32,470 nt of DNA from a virus (IMGVR_UViG_3300048904_000202:132007-164476), one strand, 5' to 3'; positions 23,301-32,470 are shown, counted from the stretch's first letter. The notes: generated from the sequence alone by a model not told the origin. A program made the numbers and translations.

Positions 23301-25602
23301 GACCAGCACGCTCATGGATGCATCGAAGTTGATGCTCAACAAGGGCGGCTATCTCGATGCGATCAAGACGGTCGGTGACAAGTCCACGGACTCGGCCGCG
23401 AAGCTCAAGGCTTTGGAGGACCAGCTTCGCGCGGGTAGCCTCAACAAGACTGCCGAAAAGGCGTTGGCCGCTCGTGGCATGAACAAGGACGACCTCATCA
23501 AGGAACTCGACGAGGCGTACATCTCGCTCCAAGAGAAGATCAAGGAGACGTTCGCCAAGACTGCCACCAAGGCCCTCCAGCGCGACCTCAACGTGTTGAA
23601 GAAGCTGGGCGAGGACGACGCCGTGATCAAGGTCCGCGTCGAGTTCACGGACGACTACCTCAAGGAAGCCCAGCAGTTCCTCAACCCGGACGCCTTCAAG
23701 GCGCTCATGCCGACCATTTATGGCGTGAAGGACGGATCGGTCTCGGCCGCGACGGCAACCGGTGCGCTCGTGACTGCGCTCCGCAATGGCGGCGCTGCGG
23801 CGGGCTATTCGAAGGAACTCATCGACAAGCTGACGCTGTCGCTGGAGCAGACCGCGCGCGCAACCGACTACAAGACGATGAAGGCGAAGGAAGAGATGAC
23901 CTTCGGCGCGGTCGCTCTGCGTCAGCGCCGCGAGGATATCGCGACTTCACTGCTCGACGAGAACCAGCAGAAGGCCCTCGCGTCGACCAAGGAAGCCGTC
24001 AACGCGGCGCTCGAAAAGGGCATCAAGCTCTCGCAGGCGCAGGTCGATGCCTATTACGCTCAGGTCGAAGCACTTGAGAAGATGAACGACGCTCTGGCTC
24101 GCCAGAAGGAGTTCATGGAGAACAACGGCATCCGCCAGTTCATGGGCGACGGACAGTCGTTTGGTGAGATGGTCAACCATCTCGATAAGGACTTCTTGGG
24201 ATCGCTCAAGGACCAGCTTTCGAGCCTCGGAACGACCGGTAGGTTCTCGTTCAAGGCGATCTTCGACACCGTCCAGAAGGGCCTCATCGATTGGGCTGCC
24301 CAAGGCGTGACCGAACAGTTCCTCGGCTTCCTCAAGCCGGGGTACAAGCAGCAGATCGCCGCCGGTCAAAACCCGTCCATCTTCGGCGGCCTTCTCTCGA
24401 AGGTCACCGGTCAGAAGTACGAAGCGTCGCCGGACAAGAAGGCGATGCTCGGCCTGACGCCCTCGACGCCCATGTACGTCGCGATCGTTGATGCGAACAC
24501 CGGCATGACGACCTTCGGTTTGAATCCGGCCTACAACGCCGGCAAGCCGACGCACGCGGGTAACGCCGGCACGGACATCACGCAGTTCAATTCCGCGCTA
24601 CCGTCTCTCGGCGGCTTGACGGATGCAGCGACTCCGGGGGCGAATACCCCGGCAGGGGCGCTGCTCCAGTCGTATCAGGCTGTGTCGCCGACGCTGGCGG
24701 CCGACTTCCAGACGAAGATGGCCGGGACGTTCCCGCAGCTTGCCCAGCAATTCTCTTCGGCCATGGCCGGAACGGGTGGCGTGGCGGGCGGAGGCATCAC
24801 GGGCACCGCGACGGCAATTGCGAACGCGGCCAACGATAACGCTGGTCCGTCGCTCAACATGACCAACCTCCTCCACAACCACCCGGATGGCGCCGCTGGC
24901 GACATGACGGGCGGCGTGCAGGCTGCCGCCGCCAAGGCCGGTGGGCTGGGCGGACTTGGTGCGTTCGCGCCAATGGCCCTCCAAATGGGCGGCATGGCGT
25001 TGTCGCAGCAGGGAGGCGCTCTGGGCGCCCTCGGTGGCTTCATGTCGGGCGGCCTGCCGGGCCTCGCTGGTAAGCTCATCGGCGGTAAGGTTGGCGGGAT
25101 CATCTCGCAAATCGCGCCGCTCCTCGGCATGTTGATTCCGGGCCTCGGTGGCATGGGCGCATTGGGTGGTTTGTTCGGTGGCGCTGGTGGTGGTCTGGGT
25201 GGTCTCTTCGGAGGCCTGTTCGGCGGCGGTGGTGGTGCCGGCGGCGGCCTGCTGTCGCTGCTCGGCGGTCTGTTCGCCGAGGGCGGATATTCGGACGGCG
25301 CGGCGGTTTCCACCCGCCTGATCTCGCCGGCCGCGTTCCGCAACGCTCCGCACTATGCGGAAGGCACGCACAACACCTCGGGCATCCCAGCGATCCTGCA
25401 CGATAACGAAGCGGTCATCCCGCTGTCGCGCGGCCGTAAGGTTCCTGTCGAAATGACCGGCGGTGGCTCGAAGGGGACGGTGGTGAACAACAACTTCAAC
25501 ATCAGCACCCCGGATGCGGACTCGTTCAAGCAGTCGCGCCAGCAGCTTGCCACGCAGTACCACGTCATGGCGAACCGCGCCTACGCGCGCAACAATCGCT
25601 AA
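20392..25602 (+). CDS. Tail tape measure protein, 1736 aa
   Basis: Long helical Ala/Gly-rich ORF; C-terminal FAEGG…PAILHDNEAVIPL; synteny. Confidence 0.95.
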   Translation: MSVEQHGLKFVVDTADVAKGFRDYKSAVDGVFASLDKFEAHVAKTMKGIASASSNKSALNAFKNALQSISDVKISASTVRSVGALSAAMKDFRAPSEGQSANLRAFSRALGTLPDLTSAYRTIKSIDDLNIAMRGFKAPPASQAANLIALGKALENFGPRLKALANIGNLAGNIAAISSLGVALGRLKPPTASQVTNLGNFALALRSFNFGNLSGTANLFATLRGISDFKAPSAAQTRALVNFAHAVGQIKVPSNASALTSYLNSISSAAAKAQGAVVRFHGGMGSGGASFSKFSSGVHNSRLELMGLQNAFSGTFQVGSLLRSLIGGLTIGELGRDFFEATQSANQFHASMMVVTNNLQEQEAAWQRAQNAADHYGVDLKTYSDGFAKFAAAVHESGGSLKESTKIYEGFQTVITAMHLGTEQQQSVGLALREGMDRGYVSTQILTRQLGLVLPGAMATAQKAWKEANGEQSNFFDALKKKQVDSIWLFDKLAEKYQRDYGPALAQALESPVQQWAILKNRVTEFMQEVAKAGAQKGFAELIAKISSKLDPAHIKKYADAIGKDLHKALQKTGEMIDWFTNNWDKIKGPLLTALKLFGEWMVVTAAFDIGRHLTRPLITFAGLFTGEKNILTSLSTFKKLLIDINAIKMTSMFGGLFAGGLQTVGALSTGLNKILGIGPKIASLGPAIKAGLTTPIEGLLTTVGAVAGAIAVGIGGAFAIAVNVGRQAGVQMQHDQYTTGEIIKGGFLLVGDFIAGVWGKTVSYLDKAAQWVGSAIGVPFANAADFIGKAFFSIYYVFKKVGELLIGSAQAIGESIGIFIGSKISAFVKIGQGDFKGAYADLSKGIGSSLAEGFKNRLGNFQVNAADFQRSAEEAGLGADALLAKMGQRGRGKRVGPPPAPSLVSPWTPAEGDQDGRDSHYQGNTGNDKKKKGKKDKAFNDLKTAEDGFDALFKKLDQDDPVAKLLDGWTSTLMDASKLMLNKGGYLDAIKTVGDKSTDSAAKLKALEDQLRAGSLNKTAEKALAARGMNKDDLIKELDEAYISLQEKIKETFAKTATKALQRDLNVLKKLGEDDAVIKVRVEFTDDYLKEAQQFLNPDAFKALMPTIYGVKDGSVSAATATGALVTALRNGGAAAGYSKELIDKLTLSLEQTARATDYKTMKAKEEMTFGAVALRQRREDIATSLLDENQQKALASTKEAVNAALEKGIKLSQAQVDAYYAQVEALEKMNDALARQKEFMENNGIRQFMGDGQSFGEMVNHLDKDFLGSLKDQLSSLGTTGRFSFKAIFDTVQKGLIDWAAQGVTEQFLGFLKPGYKQQIAAGQNPSIFGGLLSKVTGQKYEASPDKKAMLGLTPSTPMYVAIVDANTGMTTFGLNPAYNAGKPTHAGNAGTDITQFNSALPSLGGLTDAATPGANTPAGALLQSYQAVSPTLAADFQTKMAGTFPQLAQQFSSAMAGTGGVAGGGITGTATAIANAANDNAGPSLNMTNLLHNHPDGAAGDMTGGVQAAAAKAGGLGGLGAFAPMALQMGGMALSQQGGALGALGGFMSGGLPGLAGKLIGGKVGGIISQIAPLLGMLIPGLGGMGALGGLFGGAGGGLGGLFGGLFGGGGGAGGGLLSLLGGLFAEGGYSDGAAVSTRLISPAAFRNAPHYAEGTHNTSGIPAILHDNEAVIPLSRGRKVPVEMTGGGSKGTVVNNNFNISTPDADSFKQSRQQLATQYHVMANRAYARNNR

Positions 25603-25610
25603 CGCCGGAG

Positions 25611-25650
25611 GGTTAGTTTCACTTGACATTATAGTCGAGGTTAACTAACC
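25611..25650 (+). promoter_or_regulatory. Promoter-like TTGACA flanked by inverted repeat GGTTAGTT…AACTAACC
   Basis: TTGACA 25623; 8-bp arms at 25611-18 and 25643-50. Confidence 0.5.
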
Positions 25651-25731
25651 CATCAGACCCATCTTTATCCCGTTCCACAGAGATTGGCGACGCGATGCGC
25701 TTCGCCGATCCAGCCCCTTTCTGGACGATCG

Positions 25732-26340
25732 ATGCCGCTTCCTGATTTCCATAACGTCATCTTTCCCGAGGATATTTCCTACGGGAGTTCCGGCGGTCCC
25801 GGATTCAATACCTCGGTCATCGAGCTTGCCTCGGGGGCGGAGCAGCGCAACGTCAACTGGAAACAACAGCGCGCCGAATATGACGTATCTCATGGCGTGA
25901 AGACACGCGACCAGATGGAGCATCTGGTGGAGTTCTTCACGGCACGACGCGGCAAGGCATACGGGTTCCGCTTCAAGGACTGGATGGATTTCACCATCGA
26001 TCGTCAGGCGCTCAACCTGACCACCGGCCTCACGGGCACGCGCCAAATCTACAAGCGCTACGAGCCCGAGACGGATTACTTCTTCGATCGTCCGATCACC
26101 AAGATCATGCCGGGTACGGCGTCGATCTGGATCGACGGCGCCCTTGTCGGCGACCCGGACTCCATCCTCGATTACGACACCGGCATCATCACGGTCGGTA
26201 ATGGCTCGGTCTGCGAGATCGAGTGCGAGTTCCACGTTCCGGTTCGCTTCGACACCGACACGATGAAGATCAGCCATGACGATTGGGAACAGATGTCGTG
26301 GCCGTCGATCCCGTTGGTCGAACTCAAGGCGCGCATCTAG
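25732..26340 (+). CDS. Distal tail protein, DUF2460 / TIGR02217 family, 202 aa
   Basis: FPEDISYGSSGGPGFNTSV…GAEQRNVNW…FFTARRGKAYGFRFKDW. Confidence 0.92.
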   Translation: MPLPDFHNVIFPEDISYGSSGGPGFNTSVIELASGAEQRNVNWKQQRAEYDVSHGVKTRDQMEHLVEFFTARRGKAYGFRFKDWMDFTIDRQALNLTTGLTGTRQIYKRYEPETDYFFDRPITKIMPGTASIWIDGALVGDPDSILDYDTGIITVGNGSVCEIECEFHVPVRFDTDTMKISHDDWEQMSWPSIPLVELKARI

Positions 26341-26342
26341 CC

Positions 26343-27746
26343 ATGAAAACGATCTCGGCCGCGCTGGACGGTCACCTGAATCTTGAGGTCACTACGCTTT
26401 GCACCTGCTGGCGCATCGAGCGCACGGACGGTGTGGTGCTTGGCTTTACCACGCTCGATCAGGACATCTTCTACAACGGTGTGAACTACGAGAGCCAGTT
26501 CGGGTATAGCCGCACCGCGCTGTCAGGTGGCTCCGACTTCTCGGTCGACAACATGGACGTGAACGGGGTCCTAGATTCCGACACGATTACCAACGAAGAC
26601 CTCCGCAACGGTGCCTACAATTTTGCCCGCGTCTTCGTCTTTTTGCTCAATTATGAAGACGTGAGCCAAGGCGAGCTTCCACTTCGCACCGGCTGGTTCG
26701 GCGAAGTGTCGACGACGCAGCGAGGTGAGTTCACCGCCGAGCTTCGCGGTCTCAATCAGGCGCTCAGCCACAACACCATCGAAGTGTTCACGCCGGAGTG
26801 CCGCGCCGACTTCTGCGACAAGCGGTGCAAGCTCAAGCGCTCGGACTTCATGCGTCGAGCGTCCATCCAAGCACTGAGCGGCAATAGCCGCACGACATTC
26901 CGGGCAACCAACCTGCCGTCTGTGCCCGGCGTAACCAGCGTTGGCGCCCATCGTGTGTGGGGTATCCGCATCCTGCATACGGGAACCGGGGTCGCTCATG
27001 GAGGGATCGCCGAGGTCAAGTTCTACGACCAGTCACTGGACGAGATCGAGGGCGGAGAAGCCAACGCTACCAGTTCAGATGTTGGTCATCGCCCGTCCGC
27101 CGCGCGCGACGGCAAGACCACAACGTGGTGGCGCACCGCCGATCTCAATTCTTCGACTCCGGCTGAGGAACAGATTGAAGGCCAGATTTGGTACACCAAG
27201 TGGTCCAGTCCGGTCGATGTGAAGGAGATCATGCTCACAGCATGTCCGGACATCGGAGACAATCCGATCCGGTTCGAACTGATCTACGGAACCGTCCAGT
27301 TCGAAGACGATGACATCGCACACGATGAAATCACTTGGTCCGATGTCCAGCCGTTTGCCATGACGTGGACGACCGCCGGCCAGAACGCGATCTGGGGCGT
27401 GTCGCAGACCGGTGAAGACCCGCTGAGCTTGCCTCAATCGCTGTCGTCGATCCCCCCACCATTCACCGGAGCATCGACCTACATCGGCGGCACCGTGACG
27501 TTCCGTACGGGACACAACCACGGCAAGACCATGGAGATCAGCGGACTGGATAACAACAATTTCATCACCCTGTTCGAGGGGATGCCGTTCGAGTTCCAAG
27601 TCGGTGACGTGTTCGACATCGTACAGGGCTGCAACAAGGACCCTGAGACGTGCAAGCTCTACAACAACATCATCAACTTTCGAGGTGAACCGGATGTACC
27701 CGGACAAGACGAATACCTCAAATATCCAGATGCTCCCACCGGGTAG
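26343..27746 (+). CDS. Baseplate hub / minor tail protein, DUF2163 (TIGR02218-like), 467 aa, with inserted domain
   Basis: TTLCTCWRIERTDG…GFTTLDQDI; C-terminal GCNK…C…NNIINFRGEPDVPG. Confidence 0.9.
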   Translation: MKTISAALDGHLNLEVTTLCTCWRIERTDGVVLGFTTLDQDIFYNGVNYESQFGYSRTALSGGSDFSVDNMDVNGVLDSDTITNEDLRNGAYNFARVFVFLLNYEDVSQGELPLRTGWFGEVSTTQRGEFTAELRGLNQALSHNTIEVFTPECRADFCDKRCKLKRSDFMRRASIQALSGNSRTTFRATNLPSVPGVTSVGAHRVWGIRILHTGTGVAHGGIAEVKFYDQSLDEIEGGEANATSSDVGHRPSAARDGKTTTWWRTADLNSSTPAEEQIEGQIWYTKWSSPVDVKEIMLTACPDIGDNPIRFELIYGTVQFEDDDIAHDEITWSDVQPFAMTWTTAGQNAIWGVSQTGEDPLSLPQSLSSIPPPFTGASTYIGGTVTFRTGHNHGKTMEISGLDNNNFITLFEGMPFEFQVGDVFDIVQGCNKDPETCKLYNNIINFRGEPDVPGQDEYLKYPDAPTG

Positions 27747-28158
27747 AGACGATGTAGTGGACGCGGCGCGGACGTGGCTAGCGACGCGTTGGGTACACCA
27801 AGGACGTAGCGAGATGGGCATCGACTGTGCTGGTCTTGTCATCAAGGTCCATCACATGCTCGGGCTGCCTTGCGAGGACATGCAGGGCTACCGACGCACT
27901 CCCAATGCGAACATGTTCCTAGAACATATCCGCCGCCAGTCGAGCCCGGCACGTCAACCGCAGCCGGGATCGCTTGGTATATTCCGGCAAGACCGTTTCG
28001 CGTGCCACGTAGGAATCTTTGGATGGCACCCGCAATGGGACTGCCTTTCTCTCATTCACGCACATGCGGCCCACAAGATGGTGGTCGAGGAACCGTTCAC
28101 GCGGGACTGGTTCTTCCACCTCGTCGAGTGCCGCGACATCATTGGACTTCGGGACTAA
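27730..28158 (+). CDS. NlpC/P60-family tail peptidase / assembly protein, 142 aa
   Basis: ARTWLATRWVHQGR…GIDCAGL (Cys), HVGI (His), LIHAH. Confidence 0.9.
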   Translation: MLPPGRDDVVDAARTWLATRWVHQGRSEMGIDCAGLVIKVHHMLGLPCEDMQGYRRTPNANMFLEHIRRQSSPARQPQPGSLGIFRQDRFACHVGIFGWHPQWDCLSLIHAHAAHKMVVEEPFTRDWFFHLVECRDIIGLRD

Positions 28159-28161
28159 AAC

Positions 28162-31100
28162 ATGGGTCAGCTTGTTCTCACGATTGCCGGCGGCGCGCTC
28201 GGCTCGCTCATCGGTATGCCGCAACTGGGCATGATCGTTGGCGGGGCGATTGGCGGCGCGCTGTTCGGTGGCAGCGGAGCGGGCGGTCCGCGTCTGGAGG
28301 ACAAGACGGTTTCGGCGTCAACGTATGGTGTCGCGATCCCGCGCTCGTTCGGAACCGTGCGAATGGCATCGAACCTGATCTGGACCGATGGCATCAAAGA
28401 GCATAAGTCCGGAGGCGGGAAGGGGATGGGTTCAGGTCAGAAGACCTATACCTACACCTGCTCGTTCGCCGTCGCGTTCTGCGTCGGCGAGATCGACGAA
28501 ATTCTGCGTATTTGGGCCGACACCAAATTGTTGTTTGGCGCGGCCGACATGAACAAGCTCCGCGACGCGCTCAAGAATGGTGCGGACTTCGGAACGCTGC
28601 TCGGCGCCTATCAGCTTGGTAAGAAGAAGAAGAAGTACAAGCTCCGTATTTACAGGGGCTCGGAGGATCAGCTTCCGGACGCACTCATCGTCTCGAAAAA
28701 GGGCGCCGACAGCACGCCCGCTTATCGAGGCCTTTGCTATGCGGTGTTCGAAGATATGCCCCTCGCCGATTATGGCAACCGCATCCCGAATATCTCCGGG
28801 GAGGTAACGCGCTCTAAGTCAGCGAGTCTGCCGAGCCTCACGTTTGAGGATTTGGGCGGAGGCGAGGCGTATCTGCCGAATGCATATTTCGATTGGGACG
28901 CTAACCGCGCCGTCAACGCCGCGAACGGAAATTTCGAGGTTTACTCGTTGCGTACCATGAAAATGATCGCCAAGTTTCCGATGCCGCCGAATCAGTCTGG
29001 TAGCAAGATCGGTTGCTGTCCCGGCGGCGGTCCTGTGGTCATGCAATACGGTGGATCAAACAGTCGAAAGGTAGTGCTTCTCGACGGAAATACTTTCACC
29101 CCTTATCTAACCATGGGACGCACTTCAAACAGTCTCGGTGAGTTTCCATTCACCGAATGCACTGGTGTGCCCGGCGATCAGGGAGCTACCGCGTTCCTTG
29201 TCGCAAACGGTTATTTCCATTGTATGCGCGTCCAGTCAAAGAATTCGTACAGCTATTATTTCGTGAACTTCAACGGATTCGGAGGAAATAGCCTTTGGGA
29301 TTTTAACGGCAACTTCATCAACTTTCTAAGCCGAAACGGAAACGCGCTCACACTGGCAGAGAACGCCGGCTCTACCGATTTTTGCGTCTGGGGCGGTAAC
29401 AGCGATGATTCGGTTTGGGTCGATAAATACACGATCACCGGCGAAGTCGCGAAGATGGACTTGGTAGAAAGTCCCGATTGTGGTCGTGGATTGAAAGAGG
29501 TGTTGACGAGTGTCGCCGACCTAAATCCACAGACGTTCGTCCTCGTACCGCCGAACGGAGGTACGATCCAACAGTTGCTTTACAACGAGACCGACAACAC
29601 GATTCTCGTGACCTGCTTCAACGGAAGCCCGTACATCGCAATCTGGTCGTTGGACGACGCAGCATTCACGAAGGTAATTCCGTGCCCCGGTACATTCCCG
29701 ATCGGCGGCCTCGGCCGCTCGCGCTTGACCGGATACAAATTGGGCTATGCACGCACACAAGACAATCACATCGTCACAATCGATCTCAACACCGGAGATG
29801 CGACCGAGCAATTCTACGCTCCCGCATTCAACCTTTTTGACTCGACGACCATCTGGGACGACGCGACGCAGTCGGTGTATTTCGCCTACCTAGGAAACGG
29901 TAATCATTGGGTCCGTGTGTTCTCGCAGAACCTGCCGCAGGAGGTCACAGTCGGATCGATCGTGTCAGAAATCCTCGACGATACCGGGCAGCTTGATCAG
30001 ACCGACTACGATACGACCGATCTCAACGACATTACCGTGACCGGCTATCTGGTCGGTCGCGAGGCGACGGCGCGTGACATCATTACGCAGCTTGGCGGCG
30101 CATATTTCTTCGATGGCGTGGAGAGCGACTATCAGATCAAATTCGTCAAGCGGGGTGGTGCTTCGAAGGTAACGATCCTTGAAGATCAGATGGGCAACCT
30201 GTCGGACCGCGACGTGCAGCTTCGCGAGACGTTGGCGCAGGAAACCGAAGCGCCCATGCGCGTCACGATCAACTATATGGATCAGGATCGCGATTACCAG
30301 ACCGCAAGCCAGTTCTCCAAGCGCATCGCCAATCCGTTCCCGGCAGTCAACACGCGTCGCGAGGACAAGGTCGAACTACCGATCGTCTTGAACGCCGATC
30401 AGGCCAAGCAGATGTCGGACAAGGCCTTGAAAGCGGCGTGGGTGGGTCGTGTGTCCAACGAATCCGTGTTGCCGTGGCGCTTCCTCAAATACGACCCAAC
30501 CGACGTGGTGACCTACACCATGAACGACGGATCGACCCGCATCAGTCGCTTCACCAAGATGGACATTGGTGAGGACATGACGATCAAGACCACGGGTGTG
30601 AACGATAGCGCAGTAGCCTATGTTTCCAACCTGACTGGCGATTCCGGCTCAGTGCCACCGCAGGTCGCGGGCGACCCGACGCCGGCCGACATCGTCGTCC
30701 TGAACACGCCCTTGCTGCGTGATACCGACGACACCCAAGGCGTAGGTTCCGTCATTTACCTGTCGGCCGTCACTCCGACTGGCCCGTTCGGCGGCGCCTA
30801 TCTCCAGAAAGCGGACACCGGGGAGGATTTCGCAGATATCGGTCCGATCACGAAGGAGCCGATCGCCGGCTATACGGTCAACAAACTCGAACCGACGCGT
30901 TCGTGGGCCGCGATGGACACGACCTCGGTGGTCAAGGTCCTGCTGTACGACAACGTGCAGACGTTGGAGTCGTGCAGCTACGACGAATTGATGGCCGGTA
31001 AAAATCTCGCCATCGTGGGCAATGAGGTCATCCAGTTCCAGACCGCCGAAGTGGACGCTAATGGATACTGGAACCTGACCAATATCCTTCGCGCGCGTCG

Positions 31101-31731
31101 TGGAACCGATCCTTATCTCGACACCCATGCGATCGGCGAGCGCTTCATCATGCCGGCGGTGGATGGGTCGATCATGATCAACACCCGCAACTCAATCGAC
31201 GAGAAGCACGACGAACGCATTCGCGCCGTCGTGTCGGGCGAGACTGTGGACGATAGTGTCGGCCTGACCTACGAGATTGATCCGAACGATCTGCGTCCTT
31301 ACACGGTTGCCAACGTCAAGGTGACCGACCTCGACGCTGGCATCAGCATCTCCTTCGATCGACGCTCTCGCATCACGAACACGCTCACCGATGGCGATCC
31401 TTCCATCCCCTATCGGGAGGGAGACACGGCCTCGGGCAACTATTCCTACGTGTTGTGGTCGACCACGCTGGGAGATGCTGCCAAGCCGTGGGTCACCCCA
31501 ACGGACGGAACCACGTTGCGTACGGGACAAATCGGCGTCGCTGGTTTGGTCGATGGTACTCTATCGATCCTCGATCCGAAGATCGACTTCGCCGATCTGG
31601 GCGTACCAGCAATTGGTGACGGGTTCGTGATTCAGATCGCGCATAACGGCTTCGTCAAAGGCTTCCCGAGCTACCGCTATTTCGAGAAGCAGGGCGACGG
31701 CACTTACGCCGTGACCGAGCTTTTTCCTTGA
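28162..31731 (+). CDS. Central tail / host-specificity protein (GTA gp15-like, phage-tail_3-type), 1189 aa
   Basis: GPRLED…STYGVAIPRSFGTVR, PAYRGLCY…LADYGNRIPNIS, GNEVIQF…LRARRGT. Confidence 0.88.
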   Translation: MGQLVLTIAGGALGSLIGMPQLGMIVGGAIGGALFGGSGAGGPRLEDKTVSASTYGVAIPRSFGTVRMASNLIWTDGIKEHKSGGGKGMGSGQKTYTYTCSFAVAFCVGEIDEILRIWADTKLLFGAADMNKLRDALKNGADFGTLLGAYQLGKKKKKYKLRIYRGSEDQLPDALIVSKKGADSTPAYRGLCYAVFEDMPLADYGNRIPNISGEVTRSKSASLPSLTFEDLGGGEAYLPNAYFDWDANRAVNAANGNFEVYSLRTMKMIAKFPMPPNQSGSKIGCCPGGGPVVMQYGGSNSRKVVLLDGNTFTPYLTMGRTSNSLGEFPFTECTGVPGDQGATAFLVANGYFHCMRVQSKNSYSYYFVNFNGFGGNSLWDFNGNFINFLSRNGNALTLAENAGSTDFCVWGGNSDDSVWVDKYTITGEVAKMDLVESPDCGRGLKEVLTSVADLNPQTFVLVPPNGGTIQQLLYNETDNTILVTCFNGSPYIAIWSLDDAAFTKVIPCPGTFPIGGLGRSRLTGYKLGYARTQDNHIVTIDLNTGDATEQFYAPAFNLFDSTTIWDDATQSVYFAYLGNGNHWVRVFSQNLPQEVTVGSIVSEILDDTGQLDQTDYDTTDLNDITVTGYLVGREATARDIITQLGGAYFFDGVESDYQIKFVKRGGASKVTILEDQMGNLSDRDVQLRETLAQETEAPMRVTINYMDQDRDYQTASQFSKRIANPFPAVNTRREDKVELPIVLNADQAKQMSDKALKAAWVGRVSNESVLPWRFLKYDPTDVVTYTMNDGSTRISRFTKMDIGEDMTIKTTGVNDSAVAYVSNLTGDSGSVPPQVAGDPTPADIVVLNTPLLRDTDDTQGVGSVIYLSAVTPTGPFGGAYLQKADTGEDFADIGPITKEPIAGYTVNKLEPTRSWAAMDTTSVVKVLLYDNVQTLESCSYDELMAGKNLAIVGNEVIQFQTAEVDANGYWNLTNILRARRGTDPYLDTHAIGERFIMPAVDGSIMINTRNSIDEKHDERIRAVVSGETVDDSVGLTYEIDPNDLRPYTVANVKVTDLDAGISISFDRRSRITNTLTDGDPSIPYREGDTASGNYSYVLWSTTLGDAAKPWVTPTDGTTLRTGQIGVAGLVDGTLSILDPKIDFADLGVPAIGDGFVIQIAHNGFVKGFPSYRYFEKQGDGTYAVTELFP

Positions 31732-31756
31732 CTTTCAGGGTTAGCTAGACTAACAC
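31728..31756 (+). promoter_or_regulatory. Promoter-like element with GTTAG-N5-CTAAC palindrome
   Basis: TTGACT-N17-TAACAC; GTTAGCTAGACTAAC at 31740-31754. Confidence 0.5.
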
Positions 31757-31777
31757 CAGCGCCTCATAAGGATATCT

Positions 31778-32470
31778 ATGCCTAACACTCCGATCCTCGG
31801 CATTCCGCAGGTCTCGCCCACGCAAGCGCAGAAAGAAGTCACCATCAACGACGCCATCGTGGCGTTGGAGGCGGCGACCAATGGCAACCTGACGGTGACC
31901 TACGGCACCGAGGTCACCAAGACGCTTTCGGAAGCGCAGTTCACCCGCAACTTCCTGTTCACGGCCGATATCACCACGGCCGACGCGATCTTGCAGGTAC
32001 CGGCAACGATTGCCGGCGATCCGGCCAAGCGCCTCTTCGCGGTTCGCAACAAGACGACGTTCGGGCTCACCGTACGATCGGCGTCGGGGACGGGGGATTC
32101 GATCACGATCCCGAACGGCGAAGCACGCTTGCTCGCCATGGTGGACGACGACGTGATCGTTGCGGCGCAGCCGTCGACTCCGGTAGGCTTCCTTGCGCTG
32201 GCTGAGACACCCGACAGCTATGCCGGCAAGGCCGGACAGTTCCTCAAGGTTGCATCCAGCGAGGACGGTCTTGTGTTCGTGGCTGTTCTCGACACGATCG
32301 ACAATTTTGCCGATGTTGACCTGTCAGGACAGGTCGATGGTCAGGCGCTGATCCGCGTCGGCGGCGTCTGGAAGCCGGGCAATATCCCGTCATCTGTCCA
32401 CACCTTCCTTGCGCTCGATGACGTGCCTGACACGTACGGGGCGGCGGGGACGTTCGTTCGCGTCAATGGT
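31778..32470 (+). CDS. Tail fibre-like protein with DUF2793-type N-terminus (partial, runs off window)
   Basis: MPNTPILGIPQVSPTQAQKEVTINDAIVALE; open for 231 codons to the window end; AAGGA RBS. Confidence 0.8.
   Translation, partial: MPNTPILGIPQVSPTQAQKEVTINDAIVALEAATNGNLTVTYGTEVTKTLSEAQFTRNFLFTADITTADAILQVPATIAGDPAKRLFAVRNKTTFGLTVRSASGTGDSITIPNGEARLLAMVDDDVIVAAQPSTPVGFLALAETPDSYAGKAGQFLKVASSEDGLVFVAVLDTIDNFADVDLSGQVDGQALIRVGGVWKPGNIPSSVHTFLALDDVPDTYGAAGTFVRVNG

Noticed and set aside
1-32470. Terminase, integrase, reverse transcriptase/DGR, cas or defence genes
   Set aside because: No ORF shows their motifs. The only Walker A seen belongs to PhoH. The 15-codon fragment at the left edge is too short to assign

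Overview
About 32 kb of a large, GC-rich dsDNA tailed phage genome with no bacterial housekeeping genes and all credible genes on the + strand. The morphogenesis module runs portal, scaffold, major capsid, minor capsid, head-tail joining genes, ~600-aa tail tube, frameshifted tail chaperones, 1736-aa tape measure, DUF2460, DUF2163, NlpC/P60, GTA-like central tail protein and a DUF2793-type fibre. This order matches phiCbK-like siphophages of Alphaproteobacteria. Bases ~1200-7250 are an early or accessory array of at least 7 cassettes. Each has a shared promoter-leader (TTAA triad, CTCGTGGA box, TTGAC -35, dense GANTC sites, a 5' hairpin with covarying stem and G-ANTCG-C loop, SD GGGAGAC), then 1-4 tiny ORFs and usually an intrinsic terminator. 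The array is bracketed by periodic repeats (34-bp period on the left, 40-bp period on the right) and by shared GGGACCC and CATCAC motifs, which may mark the ends of a long terminal repeat or an origin. Three non-coding stretches in the head module look like structured RNAs: a ~300-nt promoter-driven element before the portal, a multi-hairpin scaffold leader, and an H-type pseudoknot before the capsid gene. All family assignments come from motif recognition by eye; no searches or folding programs were run.
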